From: Gammaproteobacteria bacterium | GTDB lineage: Bacteria; Pseudomonadota; Gammaproteobacteria; GCA-001735895 | Reading direction: 5' to 3' | NCBI GenBank assembly: GCA_050298595.1 | Contig: JBNKUM010000008.1 | Coordinates: 160,001 to 224,000, forward strand | DNA: 64,000 bases | Shown here: piece by piece, positions 1 to 10,472 of the stretch | Numbering within the stretch: the stretch's first letter is position 1 | Layout of the letters: each line of letters starts with the position of its first letter | The notes under the pieces: generated by a model | The model's input: the letters and a program-made list of their open reading frames with translations, nothing else | What the model was told of the DNA's origin: nothing | Database searches by the model: none | Translations under genes and position numbers: made by a program

Positions 1-222
1 ATCCAGCAACTGGATCACATCCTGCCCCATAACCTGATAATTCATCTCATCCAGATGAGGAGAGTCGCCGTGATTTCTTAAATCAACACTGATCACAGTA
101 AAGTTACTGGCAAATTGCTGACTTAGAGTTCGCCAGTTACGCGATGAACCGAACAAACCATGAATAATTAGCAAAGGAGGCCCTTCGCCCATCAATGTAT
201 AATTTAAAATTGCGATGCTCAT
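1..222 (-). CDS. Alpha/beta hydrolase (YbfF-like esterase), 5' part; runs off the window edge
   Basis: Not in the ORF track. Manual translation from ATG at 222 gives MSIAILNYTLMGEGPPLLIIHGLFGSSRNWRTLSQQF...VDLRNHGDSPH, with the HGLFGS and DLRNHG motifs of the YbfF family. Confidence 0.85.
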   Translation of the reverse strand, partial: MSIAILNYTLMGEGPPLLIIHGLFGSSRNWRTLSQQFASNFTVISVDLRNHGDSPHLDEMNYQVMGQDVIQLLD

Positions 223-272
223 AGATGAATACGTTATAATTTTTGACTCTCGATTCCTACAAAGAATAAATC

Positions 273-2720
273 ATGCAGAACCTCAAGAAGAGCGCACAAG
301 TGTACTGGAATACCCGCTGGTTAAGAAGATTAGTTATTAGTGCTGTCAGCCTTTTTATCATTTTGCTGCTCATCCCTGTCGGCATTCAACTGGGCATAGC
401 CTATGTGCTGAAAGATCAGGGTGCGAGTGAAGCACATGTTGAAGATATTAACCTTAACCTTTTCTCAGGTAGCTTCGAACTCACCGGCTTAAGCATGCAA
501 GTTGCCGAAAACGATAGTGCGCAGATTGGGCATATATATGCCAATATCAATATGCTGGATTTAATCAGCAGTCGTGTGGTGCTTGATGAAGTCACCCTGC
601 AGGATGTCAAAGCCCAGGTATATCGCGGTGATGATGGTAGCATCAGCCTAAATGGGTTGCAGCTAGTAAACAACAAAGCAACCGCAACTCACAACGAAGA
701 AACTCAAACCATCTCAGAAAAGCCTCTGGCGTTTGCGATCAATAAACTGTTAATCAAACAGGTTTCAGTATCCTATCAGGAAGAGGACTTCCAACAACAG
801 CTAGTAGTAAACGAACTGACATTAAACAATATAAAATCCTGGCAACCCGAATCAATTGCAGCTGTTGAAATTGATATGACATTGAATAAATCCCCAATGA
901 TACTGACTGCACAGTTGAATCTATTCGACAAAATCAGAAAACTCAAAGGTCAGGCTTCTATCAAGTCACTGGCATTTACCCCTTTTGCAAAATATTACCG
1001 CGACTATTTAACAGACCTGCAGGGAAAACTGACGGTTTCCAGCCGATTTGATATTGCAATGGATGGCCAGATTAGTGGGCATGTTGAGAATGACGTAGAG
1101 ATTGCTGGACTTGATTTACAGTATCAACATATCCAACAGCAAAACGAAGTCATCCAGTGGAAGGGGAAAACTGAACTTATGGCCAATAGTCTGCCCGTTA
1201 TTCATGGCACCTTGCAGATAAAAAATAGTACAACAACAGATAGCGAACAAAAATATGAAGTTGCATCTTTTAGCTCGTTAGCCCTGCAAGAGCTTGCATT
1301 TAAAGCAGGCAACATCACGCTGGATAAAATCAATTTACAGGATATGAAGCTGGCCACTCAGAGCAAGGATCATCAACTTCTGGAGCTGGGACAGTTGAAT
1401 ATTAATAAGGTAGATTTTCGTCAGTCAGCCCAGTCTGTAGCCATTGAACTGATTACGCTAAACAAACCCATACTACAGGTCACGCTGGATGAGAAAAAAC
1501 AACTCCGACAAATAACACCCCTTCTGGCGACTATCCAGGCTTTCTCAAAAAGTAATGAACAGGCAGAAACCGAAACCAGCACAGCCATCTCAACAGAGCA
1601 GGACAAAAAGCCACTCGGCATAAAAATAGCAAAACTAATATTAAAAGAACCGGGCAAGCTGGACTTTTCTGACCTCAGTGTTTCACCCAATTATGCGACC
1701 ACGATCCACTTTAACCAGATTGAAATGGATAATATCTCATCAACTGAAGCAGCAGATTTCCAGTTGGCATTGAAGCAAGGTGACTACACAACTCTGGATA
1801 TCAAGGGCTCTGGTTTACTGTTAGACATAACCCGCCAGATAGCTTTCAAAGCAAAAATCAAACAACTCGACCTGCCACCAGTAACTGCCTACACCAGCGA
1901 GGCCATAGGCTATGGGATGAAAAGTGGAGTCATTGATTCGGATATTAGTGTCAAAATCGATAATCGAAATATTGACTCCCTGGTAGATTTAAAGATTGAT
2001 TCGATTGAGGTCGTCGAAACCCAGGCAAAAACCGCCGAACAGGTGACCAGTGCATCCGGCATGTCAATTGATCTTGCCGTTTCAACCTTGAAAGACGATA
2101 AAAACATAATCGATTTAAAACTACCCGTGAAAGGTAACCTTGACGAACCCGATTTCGATCTCAGCCTCGTAGTTAACAAGGCACTAGGTAAAGCAATGCA
2201 GTCAGCATCTTTATCCTACCTTAAATATGCCCTGCAGCCTTTTGGTTCACTGGTTTCATTATTCAATCTGGCAAAAGCAGCTGCCGAACATATATCCTTG
2301 CCACCAGTTCTGTTCAAACCCAACAGCGTGGAATTCGCAGAAAACCAGCAAGACCTTCTGGAAAAAGTGCTTAAGGTACTGAAACAACGACCCGCACTCA
2401 AAATCAAAGCTTGCGGTATTAGCGCACTCGAAGACTATAACTCGATAAAACAGGAGTTAATGACTGCCGAAATCGAACGCATAAAGCAACAACAGAAAAC
2501 AGAAAATAAAGAAGCAGACCCAAACAAACCAAAGGAAGAAATCATCATTGCTGAAGAAGTGATCCGGCAACACATGAAAGACCTGGCGGATAAGCGATCC
2601 GCCAGGGTTAAGAATTATTTTCTGGAGAAAGGCGATTTGAAATCAAATCGGATTTTGAATTGTCTGAGCTCCTCTAGTATGGATGAGAAATCTCATGCTG
2701 CGGTTGAATTGCAGATATAA
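273..2720 (+). CDS. DUF748/AsmA-like envelope protein with an N-terminal TM anchor and an OmpA-like C-terminal region
   Basis: 815 aa. N-terminal TM, repeated beta-rich segments, LKDDKNIIDLKLPVKGNLDEPDF motif, C-terminal LADKRSARVKNYF. Confidence 0.75.
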   Translation: MQNLKKSAQVYWNTRWLRRLVISAVSLFIILLLIPVGIQLGIAYVLKDQGASEAHVEDINLNLFSGSFELTGLSMQVAENDSAQIGHIYANINMLDLISSRVVLDEVTLQDVKAQVYRGDDGSISLNGLQLVNNKATATHNEETQTISEKPLAFAINKLLIKQVSVSYQEEDFQQQLVVNELTLNNIKSWQPESIAAVEIDMTLNKSPMILTAQLNLFDKIRKLKGQASIKSLAFTPFAKYYRDYLTDLQGKLTVSSRFDIAMDGQISGHVENDVEIAGLDLQYQHIQQQNEVIQWKGKTELMANSLPVIHGTLQIKNSTTTDSEQKYEVASFSSLALQELAFKAGNITLDKINLQDMKLATQSKDHQLLELGQLNINKVDFRQSAQSVAIELITLNKPILQVTLDEKKQLRQITPLLATIQAFSKSNEQAETETSTAISTEQDKKPLGIKIAKLILKEPGKLDFSDLSVSPNYATTIHFNQIEMDNISSTEAADFQLALKQGDYTTLDIKGSGLLLDITRQIAFKAKIKQLDLPPVTAYTSEAIGYGMKSGVIDSDISVKIDNRNIDSLVDLKIDSIEVVETQAKTAEQVTSASGMSIDLAVSTLKDDKNIIDLKLPVKGNLDEPDFDLSLVVNKALGKAMQSASLSYLKYALQPFGSLVSLFNLAKAAAEHISLPPVLFKPNSVEFAENQQDLLEKVLKVLKQRPALKIKACGISALEDYNSIKQELMTAEIERIKQQQKTENKEADPNKPKEEIIIAEEVIRQHMKDLADKRSARVKNYFLEKGDLKSNRILNCLSSSSMDEKSHAAVELQI

Positions 2721-2754
2721 AAAAGCCCTTAATTTTATATCAAGGGCTTTTTTT
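2719..2754. terminator. Bidirectional rho-independent terminator
   Basis: AAAAAAGCCCTT-loop-AAGGGCTTTTTTT between convergent genes. Confidence 0.85.
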
Positions 2755-2757
2755 ATA

Positions 2758-4815
2758 TTACTCGACAACCGGAAAATAAATTATAGTTTGATTATTTTTA
2801 GGCGTTGAAACAGTTATTGTTAATCTACCTGATTTACTATATGCGGGATCCGGATTACTAGGGTCTGGATTTGGATTAGAGTCAGAAATAGAAAAAAGTA
2901 TATCAGTAAAGCCTGAGCGCTGAGTATTTTCCACAGTATATGAAGTTGTACCAACTAACTTACCGACAGTCGAAGCAATACTGATAGTCGTTCCGACAGG
3001 TAAAGGCTGCCCATGTCTATCTGAAAAGGAAACTACAACATCCTTATCAGTAGTATCAACAATGTTTAATGTATCAAGTGCATCGGTATCTTGATTAGCA
3101 TATGTGATATCACCACTTGTTGCACTTATGTTGGCAAACGAGTCAGAAAAAACTATTACAAAAGATCTAGAGATATTTAATGTGGTTTGAGATGAGCAAC
3201 GAGAAGTATCGTTACATAAATTCCCATTATATTCAGTATCTGCATCATCATAGGTATGATTTTCATTAAAATCAGCAAAATACTCATCATCAAATAAATT
3301 GTTTTCGTTATCGTCCCTGAATGCCTCGGGTAATTGAGCTTTAATAGCCTCACCATCGCTCAAATAACCATCACCATTTTTATCAGAAAACGATTCAACT
3401 CCTTGAGTATAAGCCAAAATTGTTGACCGGCCATCAGCGGGGCGAGGATTAGCTGAGACCCAGATAACTGAGCAATAACCTGTTGAATCCGTAAAACATT
3501 TTGCACCAATTGAACCGCCCTCGGCCGTAAAAAACACAGGTGTACCAGCTGGAGGGGGATTATTATAAACGTCTGCTAACCGTACATATACATTCACCTT
3601 TTCCCCATCGTAGAGCCAACCTTCTACATTATGTATATCAGGGCTTAATGTAAAACTATCATCATCAGGTAACCCTGCATGAATAACCAGCCCAGTAGAC
3701 TGTGTAGATATTTGTTTTGAATTAACAGTAGCTGTAGCTGTGATTTTAACTACTGCCGGAACACTCCCAGATTGAACGACAGTCCTAACCTGTCCAGTAC
3801 TATCGGAAACTTCTGTAGTAGGGCTAAATGTTATCCCTCCAGCTGTACCATTGTTGCTGAAAGTAACAGTTTGCCCACCCAGAGGCTGACCCGTAGTATC
3901 CAGTACCTGAAAAAGTAATTCTGAGGTTTCCTGTAATCCTGCACCACCACCTCCAAGTAAGGTAATTGAATCAGGAGTAGCCGAAATAAATTTAATAGTA
4001 CCAGCCTGAATGGGTGAAACGGTCACAGTACCTGTTGCAGTAAATTCAGTTCCTCCAAATGTGGCTGAGGCAGTCACTGTATCAGGACCAACACAGCCTC
4101 TTGCCTGATATGTAGAAGTAGCTACACCAGAAGCAGTAACAACTGACGTATCCAAAGAGGCTGACGGAGTAGGTGATGTAGCGCATATCGATGAAAAACT
4201 AACCGCAATTGGAGTATCAAAAGCGGCTCCATTGCTGTCAACAAAATATGCACTTACAGAAGTAGTACCATTTGCAGATAAAGTTGAAGTTGCAACCTCT
4301 AACTGCCCAGAAACAAATGAAGCCCCTGAGTTATCACCTAAGTCGACATCAGGTGAAACAACAGCATAGTTAATGGTATCAGTATAATCGGATTGATCGA
4401 GGGATGTTGAAACGGTGACAGTATCCGCACCTGTGCTAGATAAAAACTCTAATGTAACAAAAGCATTACCCGATGCATCAGTCAATACTGAGGACGGAGT
4501 GGCTTTTGCTAATGAGGTAGTAATTGTAACCACACTACCAGCCGCTGCTGCGTCATCCTGATCAGCCACATGAATTAAAATATATCCTGGCTGATCCGCA
4601 GAAATTGAAGTTATATCATTATCTGTAGAATTGGGACCATCCTTCAAAGCCATTGTTACTGTAAGGCTTGTAGGTGTAGTTGTCCCCCCTTCAGCTGTAG
4701 TTGGATTTTCATCGGGGTTGGTTCTATTAGAATCACTACAACCAACCACACCCATAAAAGCTATAGAAAAAAAAGTGGATAAAATTAGTTTTGACATCTT
4801 CATAACGTATTCCAT
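2758..4815 (-). CDS. Surface lipoprotein with tandem bacterial Ig-like (invasin/intimin Big_1-type) domains
   Basis: Lipobox VVG-C; Thr/Ser-rich beta repeats (TDASGNAFVTL, SDSTGQVRTVV); Ca-binding-like DKNGDGYLSDGE, DDNENNLFD and DFNENHTYD loops. Confidence 0.75.
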   Translation of the reverse strand: MEYVMKMSKLILSTFFSIAFMGVVGCSDSNRTNPDENPTTAEGGTTTPTSLTVTMALKDGPNSTDNDITSISADQPGYILIHVADQDDAAAAGSVVTITTSLAKATPSSVLTDASGNAFVTLEFLSSTGADTVTVSTSLDQSDYTDTINYAVVSPDVDLGDNSGASFVSGQLEVATSTLSANGTTSVSAYFVDSNGAAFDTPIAVSFSSICATSPTPSASLDTSVVTASGVATSTYQARGCVGPDTVTASATFGGTEFTATGTVTVSPIQAGTIKFISATPDSITLLGGGGAGLQETSELLFQVLDTTGQPLGGQTVTFSNNGTAGGITFSPTTEVSDSTGQVRTVVQSGSVPAVVKITATATVNSKQISTQSTGLVIHAGLPDDDSFTLSPDIHNVEGWLYDGEKVNVYVRLADVYNNPPPAGTPVFFTAEGGSIGAKCFTDSTGYCSVIWVSANPRPADGRSTILAYTQGVESFSDKNGDGYLSDGEAIKAQLPEAFRDDNENNLFDDEYFADFNENHTYDDADTEYNGNLCNDTSRCSSQTTLNISRSFVIVFSDSFANISATSGDITYANQDTDALDTLNIVDTTDKDVVVSFSDRHGQPLPVGTTISIASTVGKLVGTTSYTVENTQRSGFTDILFSISDSNPNPDPSNPDPAYSKSGRLTITVSTPKNNQTIIYFPVVE

Positions 4816-4822
4816 ATTACTG

Positions 4823-5430
4823 TTAGTATCTTATTGATCGAATTTTATTTTTGTTCCTATCGAAGTATGAGCCTTCAGTAAAATACTATGTAAAGCTTAA
4901 CCCAAGAGTATCAAAAATGAGGTTCCTATTATCCACAGACTTATCGAATCTGTGAAGGTATTCAAGAATAAAGGTGAAATACTTACCGCCAAAAAATTTA
5001 ATGCCAACACCATTTGAAAACCCGCTCCCAGATTGATCATTGGTGACTTCATCATACAAATACAATCCGCCAAATCCCAGAAGAGTATAGGGATTGTATT
5101 TATCTAAATCTTTACCAGCTTTTAATTAACCACCATAAGTAACTACTCCGTGGTCTGACTTGATTCTAGATATCAAACCAAGTTGTCCTTCAATCGAAAC
5201 AATTTCATTTAAGACTATCCCATACTTCCCCTTAGCATATATCCCCAACCATGGGACTCATCATTGCCAGCATCGACTTTTAGATCATATATACTGCTTG
5301 AAAATTGGCATCCGTAAAACTCACCAGATAGATTCATCTCCGCAAAAACCAGGTTCTGGAAAGTAATACCAAAAATAAAAATCAATTTCACCGGGAATTG
5401 ATTTAAAAGAATTTTATTGATGCTTTTCAT
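4823..5430 (-). pseudogene. Pseudogenised outer-membrane beta-barrel, paralog of 6827..7432
   Basis: Stitched translation ...KGKYGIVLNEIVSIEGQLG...TYGG*LKAGK...FDTLGLSFT*YFTEGSYFDRNKNKIRSIRY aligns end to end with the intact paralog. One frameshift (~5240) and two stops (5126-5128, 4886-4888). Confidence 0.85.
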
Positions 5431-5940
5431 GAGCGTCCTATGCAACTTCAAGTTTATCGAGATTGATTCCAATCTGTGCCTAATATTACAAATACACATT
5501 ATCAGGATAAACAAATGTGACAAAAAATTTTCCAAAACTCATTTCCCAAAAACGTCCACCACATGACAACTATTAACCACACCTGGAAAAGAAAGTATCT
5601 TGTCAAAAAAACATATCAGGCCTTTGAAGTGAATTGAAAATTGAACGTAAAACTAAGCTCGGATATCCATGTATTTATCAAATAAACCACCCCATCAAGA
5701 CGGTTTCGATATCAAAACATCCTACGAAGCAATATTAACTGATTTAATATAAATAATAGTCAGCATTCTTACAATAAGTAAAATAGCGTAGGCAAGAAAA
5801 CCATATAAGCTGTTTAGCGTACGACTCCATAAGCTCTTAATGTGCTACACATAGTCATCTCTACCATATCCCAAAGAAAACCATAGCTATTCATTTTTTA
5901 ATCTATATTACAATAATACGGTAATGTCGTAATGGACTAC

Positions 5941-6264
5941 AAAATGGACCATCTATTAAGGATACATAATTGTTGGCGATCACAGTCTTATCAAAACAGA
6001 AAAAAGTTAGATTTACAAAACCTGAATAAAAAAATCAAAATTTGACTTTTGAGAAGCGCCGACATAGGTAGGTGTTCCATCCGCAGCAAGGGTTGATCCA
6101 ACCATTCCCTTTACCACTCCGCAACAAAATGTTTAAAAGTCGGAGTGAGCAGAACTTATATCACGTATTTTTGCATCAAGGTTTATAATTGCTACACTAA
6201 CAGTGGATGCAGCTACCAGCGATAAAGCGCATGTAAGAGTAGCCAATTTGGATTTCAGTTTCAT
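5941..6264 (-). pseudogene. Remnant of a secreted fibro-slime-domain protein (possibly PEP-CTERM type); 3' limit approximate
   Basis: RBS GAGGTG and a signal peptide, then LDAKIRDISSAHSDF*TFCCGVVKGMVGSTLAADGTPTYVG...NFD. This matches the IRDF..HPDFE...GLV..TL..DG.P.Y start of fibro-slime domains, with Glu changed to TAA. Confidence 0.6.
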
Positions 6265-6826
6265 TTTTTTCACCTCGTGAAATCGAAAAGGTGAATATAA
6301 CAACGCATCAATCAATCCATTTTTTAATGAACTTTATTAATACAATGACTTAATAAGTTATCAGCAATAAATACGTCATAAACCGTAAAAAAGGCTGGCA
6401 TCATGAGTCTTTTGAGTGTGAAAACTTTATACACAATTTTTCACAATTGTGAGCTGCTAGCTCTATCCTTTATGAAAAATATAAGTAACGACTCAGCGTA
6501 AAAACAAATGATAGCGGATAGCTCAATGAATAAACGCAGACAACTCACCTTCAAAAACAAACTTAAAAGTTGCGAAGCATTTCTCTTTTTCTTGCGGCAG
6601 ATAGAAACATAACCATGAACCCGGCAGAATATTTTAGCGTCCTATTCACTACGAAAACAGCCAGATATTTTCTGCTGCACTTTGGTCATACACCAAGCTT
6701 TTGTTAATTACGATCATTGACCAGAAAAATTTTCAAAAAGAAGTTGCTTTTCTCGTAATTATGTAACAAAGAGGAAAGAGCTTTATCACAAACTTTATTT
6801 CTATTTTTCAGAAGATCGTTTACAAC

Positions 6827-7432
6827 TTAATATCTGATGGACTTAATTTTATTTCTGTTTTTATTGAAATAAGACTTATCTTCTACGAAATAGTAGGTAT
6901 AACCGATTCCAAGCGAATCAAAAGTTAAATCTCCAGCATCGACAGATTTATTCAACACGGTTAAATATTCCAGTGTAATTGCGACCTCTTTACTGCCTAA
7001 AATCTCTAAACCCAGTCCGTAGGATCCACCAGCCTCCGATTCATTATTTTCAGCATCATAGCTATAGATTCCACCCAAACCGAGTAAACCATATAGTTTG
7101 TAATCTCCAAAATTCTTGCCAGCACGTAGATATGCCCCGTAAACCATAAGACTTTCTGCACCCTCTGGGCTGTTTGTAAATCCTAACTGCCCCTCCAACG
7201 ATACAGTATCATTCATAACCCAGCCATACTTGCCTTTAAGATGGCCATAACCAGTTTCTGTCGATCCTGAATTATATTCTAATTTATAATTACTGTTGGA
7301 AAACTGAATTCCGTAATAAGACCCCGTAAGTTCAATCTCAGCCTGTGCTGAAAAACTGAGTATTATTAAAGCCAGTGTAAGTGTTAAAAACCTGGCTGCA
7401 GATAGTAAGTTAGGTAGAGTTTTATTTTTCAT
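6827..7432 (-). CDS. Small outer-membrane beta-barrel (OmpA-TM/OMP_b-brl-like) with a basic C-terminal tail
   Basis: Signal peptide ending SAQA; alternating aromatic/Gly strands (YGAYLRAG, SYGLGLE, LGIGYTYYF). Start placed at 7432 after a GAGG RBS. Confidence 0.75.
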   Translation of the reverse strand: MKNKTLPNLLSAARFLTLTLALIILSFSAQAEIELTGSYYGIQFSNSNYKLEYNSGSTETGYGHLKGKYGWVMNDTVSLEGQLGFTNSPEGAESLMVYGAYLRAGKNFGDYKLYGLLGLGGIYSYDAENNESEAGGSYGLGLEILGSKEVAITLEYLTVLNKSVDAGDLTFDSLGIGYTYYFVEDKSYFNKNRNKIKSIRY

Positions 7433-7689
7433 GAGTACCTCTGTGCAACTCATATTTGAATTGGGTTGATTATAGCCGAGACCTATAGCTTACCTTAAGA
7501 ATATAGAATAAATTTTTGACTTACAAGCCTATTCTAAAGTCATCAACCTTGGGACCAGTATTCAACAAACAATAACTTTAGCGTATGGAAGTACGCTTCA
7601 AGAAATTAGATTGAAAAGACGGAAATTCAACCCAGTATCTGGCTGAATTTCCATTCTTCTTTTTGAGCAGAAAGCTTTCAACCAGTGAA

Positions 7690-9126
7690 TTAATTTTTCC
7701 TTGGGATATATAGATCAGTAATCGTTCCCTCAGCCATTTCCGCTGCGAAATTGAAGGTTTCAGATAATGTTGGATGTGCATGGATGGTCAACCCAATATC
7801 CTCAGCGTCGGCACCCATTTCCAGAGCTAGTACCGCTTCAGCAATCAACTCACCTGCATTTGGACCTACAATACCGGCACCGATAATTCGTCTGGTTTCC
7901 TTATCAAACAATACCTTGGTCATCCCTTCATCGCGATCAAGACCTAGCGAACGTCCGCTAGCAGCCCAGGGGAAAGCGCCTTTTTCATAAGCTATCCCCT
8001 GCTCTTTGGCGGCAGTTTCAGATACGCCCATCCAGGCGATTTCCGGATCTGTATAAGCTACCGAAGGTATAGTCATAGGCTCAAAGTATGATTTCATTCC
8101 CGCGATAACTTCAGCCGCTACCTTAGCTTCGTGGGTAGCTTTGTGCGCCAGCATAGGTTGCCCGACGATATCTCCAATGGCAAAGATATGAGGGACATTG
8201 GTGCGCATTTGCGAGTCAACGTTGATAAATCCACCTTCATCTACGTTAACACCCGCTTTATCAGCGCCAATTTTATGGCCATTTGGACGTCGTCCAACAG
8301 CAACCAGAACCTTATCGTAAACCTGCGGACCGGGATCATTCTTACCTTCAAAAGTCACTTTTAATCCACTTTTCTGGGCTTTGATGTCAGATACTTTGGT
8401 ACTTAGAAGAATGTCTTTATACCTGCCTTTTAGTATTTTCATTAGAGGGCGTACCAGATCCTTATCACAGCCAGGTATCAGTGAATCCATGAACTCAACC
8501 ACTGTGATTTCAGAACCAAGCGCATCATATACTGTTGCCATTTCCAGACCAATGATTCCACCGCCAATAATCAGCAGCTTTTTAGGTACTTCTTTTAATT
8601 CCAGAGCATCGGTTGAGTCCATCAAACGATCGTCATCATTTGGAAATACTGGAATTTGAGTAGCCTGAGAGCCCGCTGCGATAATACAGTTTTCAAATGA
8701 GACGATAGTATCAACGCCATCTTTAGTGACCTTTAATTGATGGTCATTGATAAACTCACCGTAGCCATTAACCACCTCAACCTTGCGTTGTTTGGCTAAC
8801 TGTTTTAATCCCCCCGTCAATTTGGTCACAACACGAGACTTAAAGCCATTGATGCCATCGAGATCAATTTTGGGTTTGCCAAAACTCACACCATTTTTTT
8901 CCATGTGAGCGGCTTCATTAATGATTTGCGCCGTATGCAACAATGCCTTGGACGGAATACAGCCCACATTCAGGCATACGCCGCCGAGTGTATCGTATCG
9001 TTCTACCAAAATGACCTGTTTGCCTAAATCTGAGGCACGAAATGCTGCAGTGTATCCACCAGGACCTGAACCCAGAACCAGCACTTCGCAGTGCATATTA
9101 GAATCGATAAGATCTTGTTTACTCAT
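7690..9126 (-). CDS. lpdA: Dihydrolipoamide dehydrogenase (E3)
   Basis: GSGPGG, GGVCLNVGCIPSK and HAHPTLSE motifs. Confidence 0.97.
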   Translation of the reverse strand: MSKQDLIDSNMHCEVLVLGSGPGGYTAAFRASDLGKQVILVERYDTLGGVCLNVGCIPSKALLHTAQIINEAAHMEKNGVSFGKPKIDLDGINGFKSRVVTKLTGGLKQLAKQRKVEVVNGYGEFINDHQLKVTKDGVDTIVSFENCIIAAGSQATQIPVFPNDDDRLMDSTDALELKEVPKKLLIIGGGIIGLEMATVYDALGSEITVVEFMDSLIPGCDKDLVRPLMKILKGRYKDILLSTKVSDIKAQKSGLKVTFEGKNDPGPQVYDKVLVAVGRRPNGHKIGADKAGVNVDEGGFINVDSQMRTNVPHIFAIGDIVGQPMLAHKATHEAKVAAEVIAGMKSYFEPMTIPSVAYTDPEIAWMGVSETAAKEQGIAYEKGAFPWAASGRSLGLDRDEGMTKVLFDKETRRIIGAGIVGPNAGELIAEAVLALEMGADAEDIGLTIHAHPTLSETFNFAAEMAEGTITDLYIPRKN

Positions 9127-10439
9127 TACAATAGTACCCTTCTGATATCCGTCATTAGTCGACTGAGATAGTTAGTAAAGCGCGCGCCCTGAGCACCATC
9201 GATAACTCGATGATCATAGGACAGCGCTAATGGAAGAATGAGCCCTGGTTTAAAGGTCCCATCCGATTGATAAACTGGTTGCATTTTTGATCGTGCCACT
9301 CCAAGGATTGCAACTTCAGGTGCATTTACAATCGGCGTAAACTGTGTACCGCCGATACCCCCAAGACTGGAAATCGAGAAGCATCCACCCTGCATATCTG
9401 CAGGTGAAATTTTACCATCACGGGTTCGGGCTGCTACCTGGGCCAACTCAGCTGAAAGTTCATAGATGCCTTTTTTGTCGACATCACGAATCACTGGCAC
9501 CATTAATCCATTCGGCGTATCGACTGCAACTCCAATATGAAAATACTTTTTAAGAATCAGGTTTTCACCAGTAGCATCCAGTGAAGCATTAAACTCGGGG
9601 AATTCCTGCAAAGCAGATACAACTGCTTTCATGATGAATACCAGTGGAGTCAATCTAACCCCTTTTTTTTCGGCTTCTTTCGCAAGAGATTTTCTAAAAG
9701 CTTCCAGATCGGTAATATCAGCTTCATCAAACTGCGTGACATGCGGAACAGTCACCCAGCTTCTATGCAAATGTGCACCAGAGATTTTTTTGATCCGACT
9801 TAGTGGCTGGTTTTCGATTTCACCAAATTTACTAAAATCTATCACGGGTGCGGCAGGTACGTTCAATCCACTTCCTGTTGCTGCTGGCACCCCGGCCTGC
9901 AGGGTAGACTTGACATACTGTTGAACGTCTTCCTTAAGGACGCGCCCCTTTTCTCCCGAACCATTAACCTTAGAAATATCTACCCCAAGCTCACGCGCAA
10001 AGCGTCGAATTGACGGGCTTGCATGCGCCATATTCCCCGGATGCATAGTTTCGTTTGAATCCGGTACCGGTGGTGGTTTTATAGACGAAGCTAATGAAAC
10101 CTCTGACTCTGTCGCCTTTTCAATAATTACAGCTGTATCTTCTTCAGCAGATGCTTTTTCAAAAGTCTCGATTCCTGCTGTACTTTCAGATGACGAGGAA
10201 TCAACTTCAATCACCGCTATCTCTTTTCCTTTTGAAATTCTATCCCCTACTTTTACTGCTACCGAATTGATTACACCTGCAAAGGGTGTAGGAATTTCCA
10301 TCGTTGCCTTATCCGATTCCAGGGTGATTATGGAATCTTCAGCTTCTACCTTATCACCCGCCGAAATCAGTACTTCGATGATTTCAATCTCATCAAAGTC
10401 TCCAATATCCGGTAATATTATTTTTTCTGTGTTAGCCAC
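9126..10439 (-). CDS. aceF: Pyruvate dehydrogenase E2, dihydrolipoamide acetyltransferase (single lipoyl domain)
   Basis: ESDKATMEIP lipoyl site, HASPSIRRFARELG, DHRVIDGA. Confidence 0.96.
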   Translation of the reverse strand: MANTEKIILPDIGDFDEIEIIEVLISAGDKVEAEDSIITLESDKATMEIPTPFAGVINSVAVKVGDRISKGKEIAVIEVDSSSSESTAGIETFEKASAEEDTAVIIEKATESEVSLASSIKPPPVPDSNETMHPGNMAHASPSIRRFARELGVDISKVNGSGEKGRVLKEDVQQYVKSTLQAGVPAATGSGLNVPAAPVIDFSKFGEIENQPLSRIKKISGAHLHRSWVTVPHVTQFDEADITDLEAFRKSLAKEAEKKGVRLTPLVFIMKAVVSALQEFPEFNASLDATGENLILKKYFHIGVAVDTPNGLMVPVIRDVDKKGIYELSAELAQVAARTRDGKISPADMQGGCFSISSLGGIGGTQFTPIVNAPEVAILGVARSKMQPVYQSDGTFKPGLILPLALSYDHRVIDGAQGARFTNYLSRLMTDIRRVLL

Positions 10440-10472
10440 GTTGTGCTCCGCTCATATCCGCTGCTAAAAAAA

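Noticed and set aside
5215-5535. 106-aa ORF as an independent gene
   Set aside because: It is the 5' fragment of the barrel pseudogene extended to an upstream TTG.
4823-6135. Stop-codon reassignment or read-through (two Tyr-to-stop positions in the barrel remnant, one Glu-to-stop in the fibro-slime remnant)
   Set aside because: Each is a single-base change, a frameshift co-occurs, and normal genes throughout the window end in TAA/TAG.
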